Made by a program: the position numbers and the translations under genes | The notes under the pieces: generated by a model | Told to the model about the DNA's origin: nothing | The model's database searches: none | What the model saw: only the letters and a program-made list of their open reading frames with translations | Part shown: positions 18,600-28,113 of the stretch, in pieces | Numbering within the stretch: the stretch's first letter is position 1 | Layout: each line of letters opens with the position of its first letter | Assembly (NCBI GenBank): GCA_008080735.1 | Contig: SHMW01000024.1 | Span: 1-50,400, forward strand | Origin: Promethearchaeota archaeon | GTDB lineage: Archaea; Asgardarchaeota; Lokiarchaeia; Sigyniarchaeales; SOKP01 | DNA: 50,400 nt | Direction of reading: 5' to 3'

Positions 18600-21566
18600 C
18601 TATCTCGAATGGAATTCTGTTCTCTCAATGATTTCTCGCTGCATGTTTTCATTTATTTTAGTAAAATATGCGTTATACCCCGAAACTCGGACTATTAACC
18701 AACGATAGTCTTCGGGATGTTCCATCGCGTTTCTGAGAGTATCGGAGGTCACGATGTTAAATTGCCATTGCATTCCACCCAAATCAATAAAACTCTGAAC
18801 ATAACTTGTAAAGAGATCTAGGGTCTGGGTATGAGAATCGGTCGCGTGTGGTACTAATTTTACGTTAAAGGATGCATTATTCGGCATTTTAAGATGTTCT
18901 AAACTCGCAATGGTCTTGATATTTTGAAGTAAAAGATCTTCTCGTCCAGGGGCGGGTGTAAGTCCATGAGTGAGAGATTTTCCTGCCTTTCTTCCAGATG
19001 GTAAAGCACCAGTTAACATTCCGTATCCAACATGATAACTAATTGACCAATAGCCGACTAAGTAATCCCCTCCCCGATAGTTCTTAGTTTTTTTGTATTC
19101 CCTGTAGCAAAAGTTAATGAGATCGTCCGCAATTTCTTTAGTTCCAGGTTCATTAGAACCAAATTTATCCACTTGTTCAATTAAATTTAATAGCTGGGCT
19201 GAACCATTTTCAAAATTATCTTTTAATGCATACAGCAATTTTGAAAAATCTAATTCCTTTTTTTTATAAATCAAATCTCTAATTACAAGTAAGCTATCAA
19301 TTACATCTGTTAAAGCAACCAAGGCAACTCCAGATGTATTATAAATTGCACCTCCTTGGATAAGATCTTTACCTTTTTCTAGCGGACCTTTATAAAAAGC
19401 GGATAATAAGGGCGTTGGATGAATATATTGGTGGGTTTTTCCCAAATAGTTATTAATTTCTATAGATTTCTGGATTACATAGCTTAGTTGAGTTTTATAT
19501 GCTTTATAAAAATCCTCAAATGTGGGAAATTTATCCAAAGATGGTAAGCCTGTTTCTGGGCCCACTTGTTCTCCTATTAAAGGGTGGATTCCGTTGTTTA
19601 GAGCCATTTCAAGCGGGGCAACAAGATTTAATAACATCGCATTCGTATGGCCGTAATGCTTACCCACTATAGTAGGTTCCACACATCCAGTTGCAGCCCA
19701 ATCACGAGCATCTTCAACTGAAAACCCTTCATTTACTAAAGCCTCGATCATAGCATTGTCATTATGGATAGAAGGAGATGAAACCATATTTACATTTACT
19801 TCCACTAAACGCCGTAAATATTCTTCCGAATTTATACCAGGATAATACCTGGCATTCATATTTGGGTCTTGGAAGCATAACATCTCATTTGTTTTTAGGA
19901 TGATAAAACTCATATCACAAACCGCATTATTACCCTCCCTATCCACGCCACCTACGGTAACAGTATCATCAGAAGAACTCCCTCCGAAAAGTTTATTTCC
20001 AATGGAGGGTACCAAGGGATCGTGGTCGTTTATCCTTAAAAATAATGATCCTATAAGTTCAATGGCATTATGTATAATTTGATTTCGTTTTTCGGGTTTT
20101 TTTGCTTGTTTAATATCATGGATAAAGTATGGCTGAAGCATTTGATCTAACCGGCCAATTGACATCGCTGAATTCGCGTTTTCACAATGGATACAAACAA
20201 AGCTTGTCCAGAGTGATTGTATAGCCTCATGAAGTGTCTCGGCGGGTTTCGCGGGGACTTTAGCGCATATTCGTGAAATTTCTTTTAATTCTTCAATTCG
20301 TTTGGCTTGATCGGGGTGTTTTGGATCTAATTTTTCTGCCATTCTCTTTGCTTCTTCACTCAGATTGTTAGAATAGCTTAAAACTCCTTCAATAGCAATT
20401 TGAATCGCTTTATAGAAATTTTTCTTATTGGCTGAGTCTGCCTTTTTCTCTTTTTCAAACGCTTCTGCTTTGATTTTCTCTAACCCTTTTCCCAAGATCA
20501 TAGGAAATCCCGGAACTGTGTGAGAAATTGCATTATTTTTCATCATAAAATAAAATACCCAACACTCCTCGAGCCATTGCGAAACAGGATCATCAAACTC
20601 CGCACGGCAATATTCCCTTACGTTTCGTTCCATCCAAAACGGAAAAACCTCTTGGCTTAAAATGTCCGCATCCTTAGGATCTATATCGTTGGGATTTAGT
20701 TTACGGTTTCCTATACTCCGCAACTCAGGCCAGACCGCAGTACCTATTAATTCAGGATAAATTGGCACGCCTACTTCTTTTGAAGTAGTTGAACCAGCAA
20801 TAAGATGATCTTTATGAATAATTGGTACTTTATTACTCATAATATAATTTACGGCTCTTGCTTGTCTTAATTCTGGATCGATTGGATTATCCTCTGGATC
20901 AGTTTCAAACCCATTTTCTATATGGTATTCTGTAAGTAATTTTGCGCGCTCGATACAAATTGCGGGTTTTAATGCTCTGCGCCTTGCTTTTAGGAGTTTT
21001 ATACGAGGAAAGTCATCTATTGAATATCTGGATAAATAAGGATCTTCTAGAAATTGTACATTATCAACTTTTCTATCCAGACTTTCATTTTCAAGTTTTC
21101 TCTTCTCCTCTCCTCGTAGGATTTCTTCGATTGAGCAGATTAATTGATTTTCTGGACCTTTATAATCTTTTATTTTTGCGCCCGTTGCTACAGTTGTGAG
21201 GTATGAAAATTTTGTGAGATAAGTCATGTTTCCTTTATAAGACATTCGATTGTCGAGCAAATATTCAAGTGTCTCGTCCGCACTCTTGTTCCAAGTTTCA
21301 GCTAAGGTTGCTTTATCTTTATAAAAAATAGTAATGTTAGGATCCTCAACCTTTCCTTCTCCTGTGCTGATCTCTCCATTATCAAAAATTAAATAAAAAT
21401 CAAATTCCCCATCACGAGTGCTAAATTGATATTTAGCATTAAAAATAAAGCCTGTTTTCTGATTTATAATTTCTTTGCGGTAGCGTTTTCGGCTAAAAAC
21501 CACATTTAATAGAGAAAGTGATTGTTTAAAGCGTTCTAATGATTCATCAATTGTTAATTCGTTCAT
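18600..21566 (-). CDS. Glycyl radical enzyme (PFL superfamily) with N-terminal SCP2-like domain
   Basis: Cys loop WAATGCVEP (C628), glycyl motif IVRVSGYNAYF (G963), SIGRLDQ; residues ~28-125 show an SCP2-like pattern. Confidence 0.92.
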   Translation of the reverse strand: MNELTIDESLERFKQSLSLLNVVFSRKRYRKEIINQKTGFIFNAKYQFSTRDGEFDFYLIFDNGEISTGEGKVEDPNITIFYKDKATLAETWNKSADETLEYLLDNRMSYKGNMTYLTKFSYLTTVATGAKIKDYKGPENQLICSIEEILRGEEKRKLENESLDRKVDNVQFLEDPYLSRYSIDDFPRIKLLKARRRALKPAICIERAKLLTEYHIENGFETDPEDNPIDPELRQARAVNYIMSNKVPIIHKDHLIAGSTTSKEVGVPIYPELIGTAVWPELRSIGNRKLNPNDIDPKDADILSQEVFPFWMERNVREYCRAEFDDPVSQWLEECWVFYFMMKNNAISHTVPGFPMILGKGLEKIKAEAFEKEKKADSANKKNFYKAIQIAIEGVLSYSNNLSEEAKRMAEKLDPKHPDQAKRIEELKEISRICAKVPAKPAETLHEAIQSLWTSFVCIHCENANSAMSIGRLDQMLQPYFIHDIKQAKKPEKRNQIIHNAIELIGSLFLRINDHDPLVPSIGNKLFGGSSSDDTVTVGGVDREGNNAVCDMSFIILKTNEMLCFQDPNMNARYYPGINSEEYLRRLVEVNVNMVSSPSIHNDNAMIEALVNEGFSVEDARDWAATGCVEPTIVGKHYGHTNAMLLNLVAPLEMALNNGIHPLIGEQVGPETGLPSLDKFPTFEDFYKAYKTQLSYVIQKSIEINNYLGKTHQYIHPTPLLSAFYKGPLEKGKDLIQGGAIYNTSGVALVALTDVIDSLLVIRDLIYKKKELDFSKLLYALKDNFENGSAQLLNLIEQVDKFGSNEPGTKEIADDLINFCYREYKKTKNYRGGDYLVGYWSISYHVGYGMLTGALPSGRKAGKSLTHGLTPAPGREDLLLQNIKTIASLEHLKMPNNASFNVKLVPHATDSHTQTLDLFTSYVQSFIDLGGMQWQFNIVTSDTLRNAMEHPEDYRWLIVRVSGYNAYFTKINENMQREIIERTEFHSR

Positions 21567-21876
21567 AGTTTTATTTTATTCCAATTATAGTTATTTATCA
21601 ATAAAATTACATATGCTGAATAAATCAATTATTTCAGATTCATTTATTAGTGAAAAAGATAACAATTTAACTATTTCTTTTTTGAACTTATAAATATTTT
21701 TGTTTACAGAGATAAGAATCAATAATTCTCTTAATTCTACTTTGAATTGGCTATAAACAGAACGAGATTATAATGGTTACTAGTAAGTAATAGTTCAATT
21801 GCAAGAAGTACTTCAGATAGAGAATATATATTTATAATAAACAAAATTATTTAAGCGAAAGGAGATGTGAAAGGTT

Positions 21877-23223
21877 ATGTCTAAACCAGTAAGTATTTAT
21901 GAGAAATACTTTAAAGATCCTAAACGAGAACCTGTTCTTATCGATTATGTTCGAACACCTATAGGCAAAAAGAGAGGGACAATAGTTCGTCATCGAGGGG
22001 ATGATTTAGTAGTACATTGCTATAGAACTTTATTAGACCGAAATGATATAGATCCGAATCTAATTGGGGATTCAATCGTATCGTGTAATTCTCAAATAGG
22101 GGATTGTGCTCTTGATTTAGGTAGGACGTGCGCTTTGGCAGCTCATTTACCCGTCAGTGTACCGGGGATGTCTTTAAACCGTCAATGTGCTAGCGGAGCT
22201 CAAGCAGTCATGCTAGCATGGCAAGCTATCGCTTCTGGGATCAACGATTGTGTGATCTGTGGGGGAGTAGAAGTTCAGAATAGATATGCAATAATGTCAG
22301 ATACTTATGTATTTGATGAAGATAAAGGTAGACCAATAATGGTTCCCCCTAACAAAAAAATTACGACTCATCCCGAAGTCATTGAAAGCGCAAAAAAATA
22401 TGACTCTCAATTCGCAGGGCAGATTAACTCCGCTCATGTTATGGGAAAAGTGTGGATGGAAAAAGCAGGAATAACCCGTGATGAGTATAGAGAAGAAGTT
22501 GATCAATTATCCTTACGATCCCATCAAAAAGCAATTAATCATTGGGAGGAACGGGGAAGAGAGATAGAACCCATCTGGTGTCCGAACTTAGATGATGAAG
22601 GAAATGCAATTTTGGATGAGAATGGTGAGATTGCTGAAAATTCCGAGTTGTCTGTGCTCACAGAACGAGATGAGACGCCAAGACCAAGTACGTCCATGGA
22701 AAAATTATCCAATTTAAGAACAATCGTAGGCAGAAGGAAATATGCATTCTTAACTGCGGGTAATAGTTGTCCCACCAGTGATGGAGGGGGGGCACAGTTA
22801 TGGATGACTCGTGGACTTGCCGAGGAATATGGATTACGCCCACGCGCGACTATTCTAAATTTTGCCGTAGTAGGAACAGATCCCGTTTTACAATTGACTG
22901 GACCAATTAAGGCTATGCCAGAAGTATTAGAACGTGCCAATATGTCATTTGATGATATGGCATATATCGAAATAAATGAAGCATTCAGTTCAGTGATCTA
23001 TGCATGTTGTTATGATTTAGGCTTAGACTGGCGTGAAGAGCGATTTAATGCATGGGGTGGTGCGATTGCATTAGGTCATCCTACTGGAATGACGGGTTTA
23101 AGGTTAATTGGAACCAATCTCCACCAGTTAGAGGATTCTAGTGAAGAGTATGCTATTTCATCAATGTGTGTAGGTCTTGGGATGTCAACTGCAACCATTC
23201 TTAAAAATGAAAACCCTAAATGA
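21877..23223 (+). CDS. Thiolase (acetyl-CoA C-acyltransferase, degradative type)
   Basis: VRTPIGK, NRQCASG, INEAF, GGAIALGHP, MCVGLG. Confidence 0.95.
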   Translation: MSKPVSIYEKYFKDPKREPVLIDYVRTPIGKKRGTIVRHRGDDLVVHCYRTLLDRNDIDPNLIGDSIVSCNSQIGDCALDLGRTCALAAHLPVSVPGMSLNRQCASGAQAVMLAWQAIASGINDCVICGGVEVQNRYAIMSDTYVFDEDKGRPIMVPPNKKITTHPEVIESAKKYDSQFAGQINSAHVMGKVWMEKAGITRDEYREEVDQLSLRSHQKAINHWEERGREIEPIWCPNLDDEGNAILDENGEIAENSELSVLTERDETPRPSTSMEKLSNLRTIVGRRKYAFLTAGNSCPTSDGGGAQLWMTRGLAEEYGLRPRATILNFAVVGTDPVLQLTGPIKAMPEVLERANMSFDDMAYIEINEAFSSVIYACCYDLGLDWREERFNAWGGAIALGHPTGMTGLRLIGTNLHQLEDSSEEYAISSMCVGLGMSTATILKNENPK

Positions 23224-23485
23224 TTTTCAAAAAATTGTGTGGAGCTTAAAATAAAAAGCCTTTTTTTCACTATTATAGTTGGTCTAAACCCAAATTATTT
23301 GATTTTAAACAATCTCCAGAGTATAGCTCGAAGGTGAAAATCTTAGAAGTTCAGAAACATCCTGTTATTTTGGAAATTAATTTCTTCTAAAAAAGAACAT
23401 CCCTTTTTTTCAATCTAGTTTTCTAAGTCTGAGGGTTTATATAGTTTATCTATTACTAGGTATACAAAAATTTAGGTCAACAAAT

Positions 23486-24892
23486 ATGAAGAGAAAAGGA
23501 TACTTCCCTTCAATACTTCTCCTTTTGGTAATTTTAGCTATCCCTCTTGGAGGAATATTAACGGGAAATGACATATTAATGAGAACACAAAACTTGACTA
23601 ACGCTTCCATAAAAACTTCAGCTACAGAATTCCATCAAAAATGGTTCGGAACTTGGGGCGGGAATGAGGAAGAATATGGAGACGGTGTGGCAGTCGCCAG
23701 CCCGGGAAGAATATATATCACCGGTCAAACGGGAAGTTTCGCAAGTCTCCACTCTGACGCTTTTACCGCAGCCTATAATAAAACAGGAGGAGAAACATGG
23801 TATAGCAGGTGGGGAAGTCAATATGGTCGTTTTTATGACGCTCGAGCAAAAGATATCGCATTAAACGATACTGGCTATATTTTCATCACTGGCAAAGACA
23901 ATAGAAGTGGAGATTATAATGCTTTTTTGGTATGTTATGATGATAAAGACGCGGATGAACCTTTATGGAATAAAACGTGGGGTACAAGCGAATATGAAGA
24001 GGCTTTCGGTATAGCTCTCGATATGAATAATAATATCTATATTACAGGAAAAACCTATAATCAAACTGATGATGATTACGACATTTTTATAGTCAAGTTT
24101 AACAATACGGGGGAATATCAATGGAATACAACATGGGATGGAGGAAATGATGATATGGGATATGGAATTGCCCTTGATGCCACGGGAAATATTTATATCG
24201 CCGGAAAGACCAATAGATCAGTAAGTGAGGATTTCGACGCTTTACTTCTTAAATTCAACAATTCAAACATTTATCAATGGAATGAAACTTGGGATGGAGC
24301 AAATACCAATGATGCAGCTTATGACTTAGTTATCGATTCTGCAGGGAATCTTGCCATAACTGGAGTCATTGATAATGATCTCTTCCTTTCTAAATATGAT
24401 GAGGAAGGAAATGAACTTATAATAGAGACTTGGCGTGGAGATGGAATCGATGTAGGATATGGAATTACCCTAGATAATTCAGACAATTTTTATGTAGCAG
24501 GAAAAACGAATAGTTCTGGTTCTCAAGATTTCGATGCATTATTGGTTCAATTTTCTAATTCAGGAACTAGGCTCCTAAATACTACTTTAGGGGGAGATAA
24601 TGAAGATATTGCGTACGATATTGCTGTCGATGATTCTTCTGGATATATTTATCTTACTGGAGGTACATCAAGCTTTTCACTTTTAACGGACACCTCATCT
24701 GTTTTTATTACGGAATATGAAATCATTGACGACGGAGGAAATGGAGGAGGTGGTGATGATACTAATGGTATTCCCGGTTATTCACCTCTCTTATTAATCA
24801 GTATTATGGGATTACTCGCATTAATCATCGGTTTAAGATTCTCAAGCAAGAATGGCAAAAGATTTTCGAATAAGGTTCGGAGGATTCATTAA
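23486..24892 (+). CDS. Secreted SBBP-repeat beta-propeller protein with Loki-CTERM-type anchor
   Basis: Signal peptide; about 7 repeats WxxTWxG..D....IALD..GNIYIxG; Gly/Asp linker, IPGY, TM helix, basic tail; many NxS/T sequons. Confidence 0.88.
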   Translation: MKRKGYFPSILLLLVILAIPLGGILTGNDILMRTQNLTNASIKTSATEFHQKWFGTWGGNEEEYGDGVAVASPGRIYITGQTGSFASLHSDAFTAAYNKTGGETWYSRWGSQYGRFYDARAKDIALNDTGYIFITGKDNRSGDYNAFLVCYDDKDADEPLWNKTWGTSEYEEAFGIALDMNNNIYITGKTYNQTDDDYDIFIVKFNNTGEYQWNTTWDGGNDDMGYGIALDATGNIYIAGKTNRSVSEDFDALLLKFNNSNIYQWNETWDGANTNDAAYDLVIDSAGNLAITGVIDNDLFLSKYDEEGNELIIETWRGDGIDVGYGITLDNSDNFYVAGKTNSSGSQDFDALLVQFSNSGTRLLNTTLGGDNEDIAYDIAVDDSSGYIYLTGGTSSFSLLTDTSSVFITEYEIIDDGGNGGGGDDTNGIPGYSPLLLISIMGLLALIIGLRFSSKNGKRFSNKVRRIH

Positions 24893-24893
24893 A

Positions 24894-25237
24894 ATGGTAA
24901 AAAGGAGTTCAATCTTTATAAATCTTAGAGAGATTTAGGATTGAATCATCCTATTTAGTATTTTTTTTCACATCGGTGTGCGAAAATTATTATTAAAGGG
25001 TCTAAAAAAAGCCCCTCCTAAATATGATATACACCTTTTTGAATTATTTCCTCTCTATATAAAAATAGATATAATACAAAATTATGAAACTCTTTTTGGG
25101 GGTGCCCTAGATATTTCGGAATATTTTTATCAATATAGGAAAATTTGGAGAGATACGCTTCCAAGAATTAAAGATAATCAATTCGATTCAATAAAAAAAA
25201 ACTTAGATTAATGGAAAATAGAAAAGGTTGGTTATAG
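24894..25237 (+). pseudogene. Decayed minimal nucleotidyltransferase (MNT) gene
   Basis: ORF 24978..25211 has APPKYDIHLFELFPLYIK...LFG..LDISEYFYQYRKIW, typical of archaeal MNT C-halves; GS/DxD part absent; apparent frameshift near 25210. Confidence 0.6.
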
Positions 25238-25290
25238 AGATTGTTATCAAACTCTTAAAATTTCTTCATTAGAGAGGATTTAAGGGGTTC

Positions 25291-25304
25291 TGGATAATTA
25301 TTCA
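25291..25304. promoter_or_regulatory. Palindromic site TGGATAATTATTCA
   Basis: 1 mismatch to TGAATAATTATTCA; upstream of DUF5320 gene. Confidence 0.55.
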
Positions 25305-25362
25305 AAAAAGATATCGTTAAGAAAGCATCCCTCTCTCAAATAAGGTATTTTTTAAGAATAAA

Positions 25363-25376
25363 TGAATAATCATTCG
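25363..25376. promoter_or_regulatory. Palindromic site TGAATAATCATTCG
   Basis: 2 mismatches to consensus; immediately upstream of TATA-like TTTTTAAAA (25382-25390). Confidence 0.55.
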
Positions 25377-25452
25377 AAATGTTTTTAAAATCCCAATACT
25401 TATTCTTAAATAGAAAAATTCAAAATAAAATTGAAGGAGTTGATATTAAAAA

Positions 25453-25842
25453 ATGCCTGGTGGAGATGGTACTGGACCTGGTGGCCAAGGGTCAATGACA
25501 GGTCGAGGATTAGGATACTGCGCAGGGTATAGTTCACCCGGATTCACAAAAGGCCCAGGAATGGGTATGGCATGGGGCTGGGGACGAGGTCGAGGTCGTG
25601 GTGCTTGGGGATATGGAAGAGGTATGGCATGGGGTCGGGGCGGAAGATTCAGAACCCCCGCTTATGCACCATATAGAGCTCCAGCGGTGACTTACAGTGG
25701 AGTTCCTCCAACATCTATGAGTGAGGAAGACCAGCTTAATATGCTCAAACAAGAGAAGGACTACTTGGAATCCGAGATGGGCAACATCAAAAACGCGCTT
25801 GAAGACATTTCTAAAAGAATTTCAGATCTAGAACAAAAATAA
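25453..25842 (+). CDS. DUF5320-family protein
   Basis: MPGGDGTGP.G.GSMTGRGLGYCAG, Gly/Arg-rich middle, C-terminal coiled coil. Confidence 0.92.
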   Translation: MPGGDGTGPGGQGSMTGRGLGYCAGYSSPGFTKGPGMGMAWGWGRGRGRGAWGYGRGMAWGRGGRFRTPAYAPYRAPAVTYSGVPPTSMSEEDQLNMLKQEKDYLESEMGNIKNALEDISKRISDLEQK

Positions 25843-25855
25843 TTTTTTTTTTTTT
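25843..25855 (+). terminator. Oligo-T terminator-like tract
   Basis: Long T run directly after the DUF5320 stop codon. Confidence 0.5.
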
Positions 25856-25881
25856 ATTCCAATTAAATATTTTTTATTGAT

Positions 25882-26265
25882 ATGAAAGAGTTAGAAGAGA
25901 GTCACGAGGATTATTTGAAGGTAATTTATCTCATCTCTAAAACTAATCGAGGTGGATGGGTTTCAAATTCTGAAATTTCCGATATGTTAGAAGTACAACC
26001 ATCCTCAGTTACAAATATGCTCTATAAGCTCAGAGATTTTAAACTTATTGATTGGGAGCCTCGCAAATCCATGAGATTAACCAAAAAAGGAAAAGAAATT
26101 GCCAAAATTATTTTAAAACGCTATGAAGTGCTTAAAGACTTTTTTATTAATGTACTTAATCTTAATGAGAACGATATGATAGATGAGATATGCTGTAAAA
26201 TTGAACACCATCTTACGAACGAAGTCTCGGAGGCGCTCTACAATCTGAGTTTAAGCATCCAATAG
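25882..26265 (+). CDS. DtxR/MntR-family metal-dependent transcriptional regulator
   Basis: EDYLKVIY, EIS..L.V.PSSVT.ML, LT.KG..IA, CKIEHH. Confidence 0.92.
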   Translation: MKELEESHEDYLKVIYLISKTNRGGWVSNSEISDMLEVQPSSVTNMLYKLRDFKLIDWEPRKSMRLTKKGKEIAKIILKRYEVLKDFFINVLNLNENDMIDEICCKIEHHLTNEVSEALYNLSLSIQ

Positions 26266-26366
26266 TTTTTATAATAAGAGTAGAGAGGCTCTTACTTTTC
26301 TTAAGCTCATTCTATTTTCAAATTAAAAGATTAAAGTTTATAAGAATACAGAAATACACTTTAAAT

Positions 26367-26522
26367 ATGACTGATAATATAAAACTGAAGATTAATGAGA
26401 AAGAAATTCCGCTGAATGAAATGATGGAAGAGATGCTCAAGAATCTACTGATGGGCTACATTAAGTCAGCAAAGGGCATTCCTAAAGATATAAAGACAAT
26501 TAACATTGATATCAAACTTTAA
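26367..26522 (+). CDS. Unannotated 51 aa protein resembling the MobB C-terminal extension domain
   Basis: MTDNIKLKINEKEIPLNEMMEEMLKNLLMGYIKSAKGIPKDIKTINIDIKL*; T-rich tract after stop. Confidence 0.75.
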   Translation: MTDNIKLKINEKEIPLNEMMEEMLKNLLMGYIKSAKGIPKDIKTINIDIKL

Positions 26523-26559
26523 TTTCCTTTTTCTTAAGTATATTATTTTATTTTTATCC

Positions 26560-27894
26560 TTACATTGCTTTTTCTGCTTCCAGTTTCATTTCCTCGGTTA
26601 ATTCCGCTTCTCCTCGCTTAACGAAAAACATCAAAATTAATGAAATTCCGAAAAATATTATCGCATTTATCAGCAGAGAAATGGGGAAGCCTGGAGTCAT
26701 CAGATCTGTAAGAGAACCCATAATAAAAGGTCCAAAAATTGCCGCCATGAAACTAAAGAAATAATATACTCCAGTATATGTTCCAATCCTCTCTTTTGAA
26801 GGAGCTAATTCCCATACTATCACAATAGAATTAACATTCACCAAAGCCCACCCTGCACCAGCAATAGCTAAGACAATCATAATTCCGATTAAACTTTTCA
26901 CTAATGCTAAAAACGTACCAATGAAGAGGGACATAATAAGGATGCAAAGCCCTATTTTTATACATAATCTCCTCCCGATCTTATTAGCTAGTTTGGAAAG
27001 AGGATACGCTGTAATGATAAGAGCTCCAGCTACGAAGAAGGGAAGAAAGCCTGCTAAATCATCACTGACCCCTAATACATCAGTTCCGAAAATAGATAAA
27101 AGAGCTACTAATCCTTGATATGCGACAAACCAAAAGAAGATAGCAAATAGAATAGCTAAAGTACTTTTATCTTTTTCCTTTAAAATATATTTTAAGCTAG
27201 CAATCAAGCCTGGTTCTTTTTCTTCTTCAAATTTTTCGTCCTTTTTTGCTTCAAATTCGAGAATCTTTTGGTAACTAAAGGATTCTGATTCTTTAACTTT
27301 CCACAGCAATACACCTAACGCAATAACCATTAAGATAGATACGACGAGAAAAGATCCTTGAAGAGTTATTATACTTGCTAAAAGACTCATCACATATCCA
27401 ATTGCAGCGCCGATTCCTCCGAAAATATTAATTATAGCGTTACCTTTGCTCCGATTTACTGGTTTAACAAAATCAGGCATTAATGATACTGCTGGTGCTC
27501 TATAAAATCCCATTGCAAGACCAAAGAAAAACATCCATATCAGTAATGTTAAAATAGAAGTTTCCCATGGTATTAATGCAAAAAAAACAGCAGCAATTGG
27601 GACTCCGATCATTAAAAATGGCATTCTTCTTCCATATTTACTTCGAGTTTTATCTGAAAGAGTGCCGGTTATAGGTTGTAATACAACTCCAAGCATATTA
27701 TCCAATGCCATTAAAATTCCAATAATCCCTAGTTGGAGCACAAGTGCCCCTGATTCATATTCAGGAAGATAATCTTTCAACAATAAAGGCACTCTAGCAT
27801 TATAAAGAGCCCAGGCTATTTCTGCTGTAAAGAAAGCAAATCCTATAAAAATTACTAACTTGACATTAAATTTTATTTTTGATTCTTCACTCAT
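26560..27894 (-). CDS. MFS transporter (maltose/SLC45-like sugar porter)
   Basis: QPITGTLSDKTRSKYGRRMPF, SLMPD, GTYTGVYYFFS. Confidence 0.9.
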   Translation of the reverse strand: MSEESKIKFNVKLVIFIGFAFFTAEIAWALYNARVPLLLKDYLPEYESGALVLQLGIIGILMALDNMLGVVLQPITGTLSDKTRSKYGRRMPFLMIGVPIAAVFFALIPWETSILTLLIWMFFFGLAMGFYRAPAVSLMPDFVKPVNRSKGNAIINIFGGIGAAIGYVMSLLASIITLQGSFLVVSILMVIALGVLLWKVKESESFSYQKILEFEAKKDEKFEEEKEPGLIASLKYILKEKDKSTLAILFAIFFWFVAYQGLVALLSIFGTDVLGVSDDLAGFLPFFVAGALIITAYPLSKLANKIGRRLCIKIGLCILIMSLFIGTFLALVKSLIGIMIVLAIAGAGWALVNVNSIVIVWELAPSKERIGTYTGVYYFFSFMAAIFGPFIMGSLTDLMTPGFPISLLINAIIFFGISLILMFFVKRGEAELTEEMKLEAEKAM

Positions 27895-28113
27895 ATATCA
27901 AACCTATTTTTTTGTTTGATTAAATAATAATTTAATATAATGTTTAGTAAGCAAATTAATATACTTTATTAGAATTTTTCTATTAATCTCTAGATTCTTA
28001 CCTAATTATTCAAAAATTCTATAAGAAATTATATACTTTTCTTTTAGCTTTTACTTTTAGCAGAATTTATACTATTTCTTTCTTTTTCTTATATAAAGAA
28101 TGTTTATCTAACG

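Noticed and set aside
18600-21566. Pyruvate formate-lyase or alkyl/benzylsuccinate synthase call
   Set aside because: Single-Cys GCVEP loop and no small subunits fit neither
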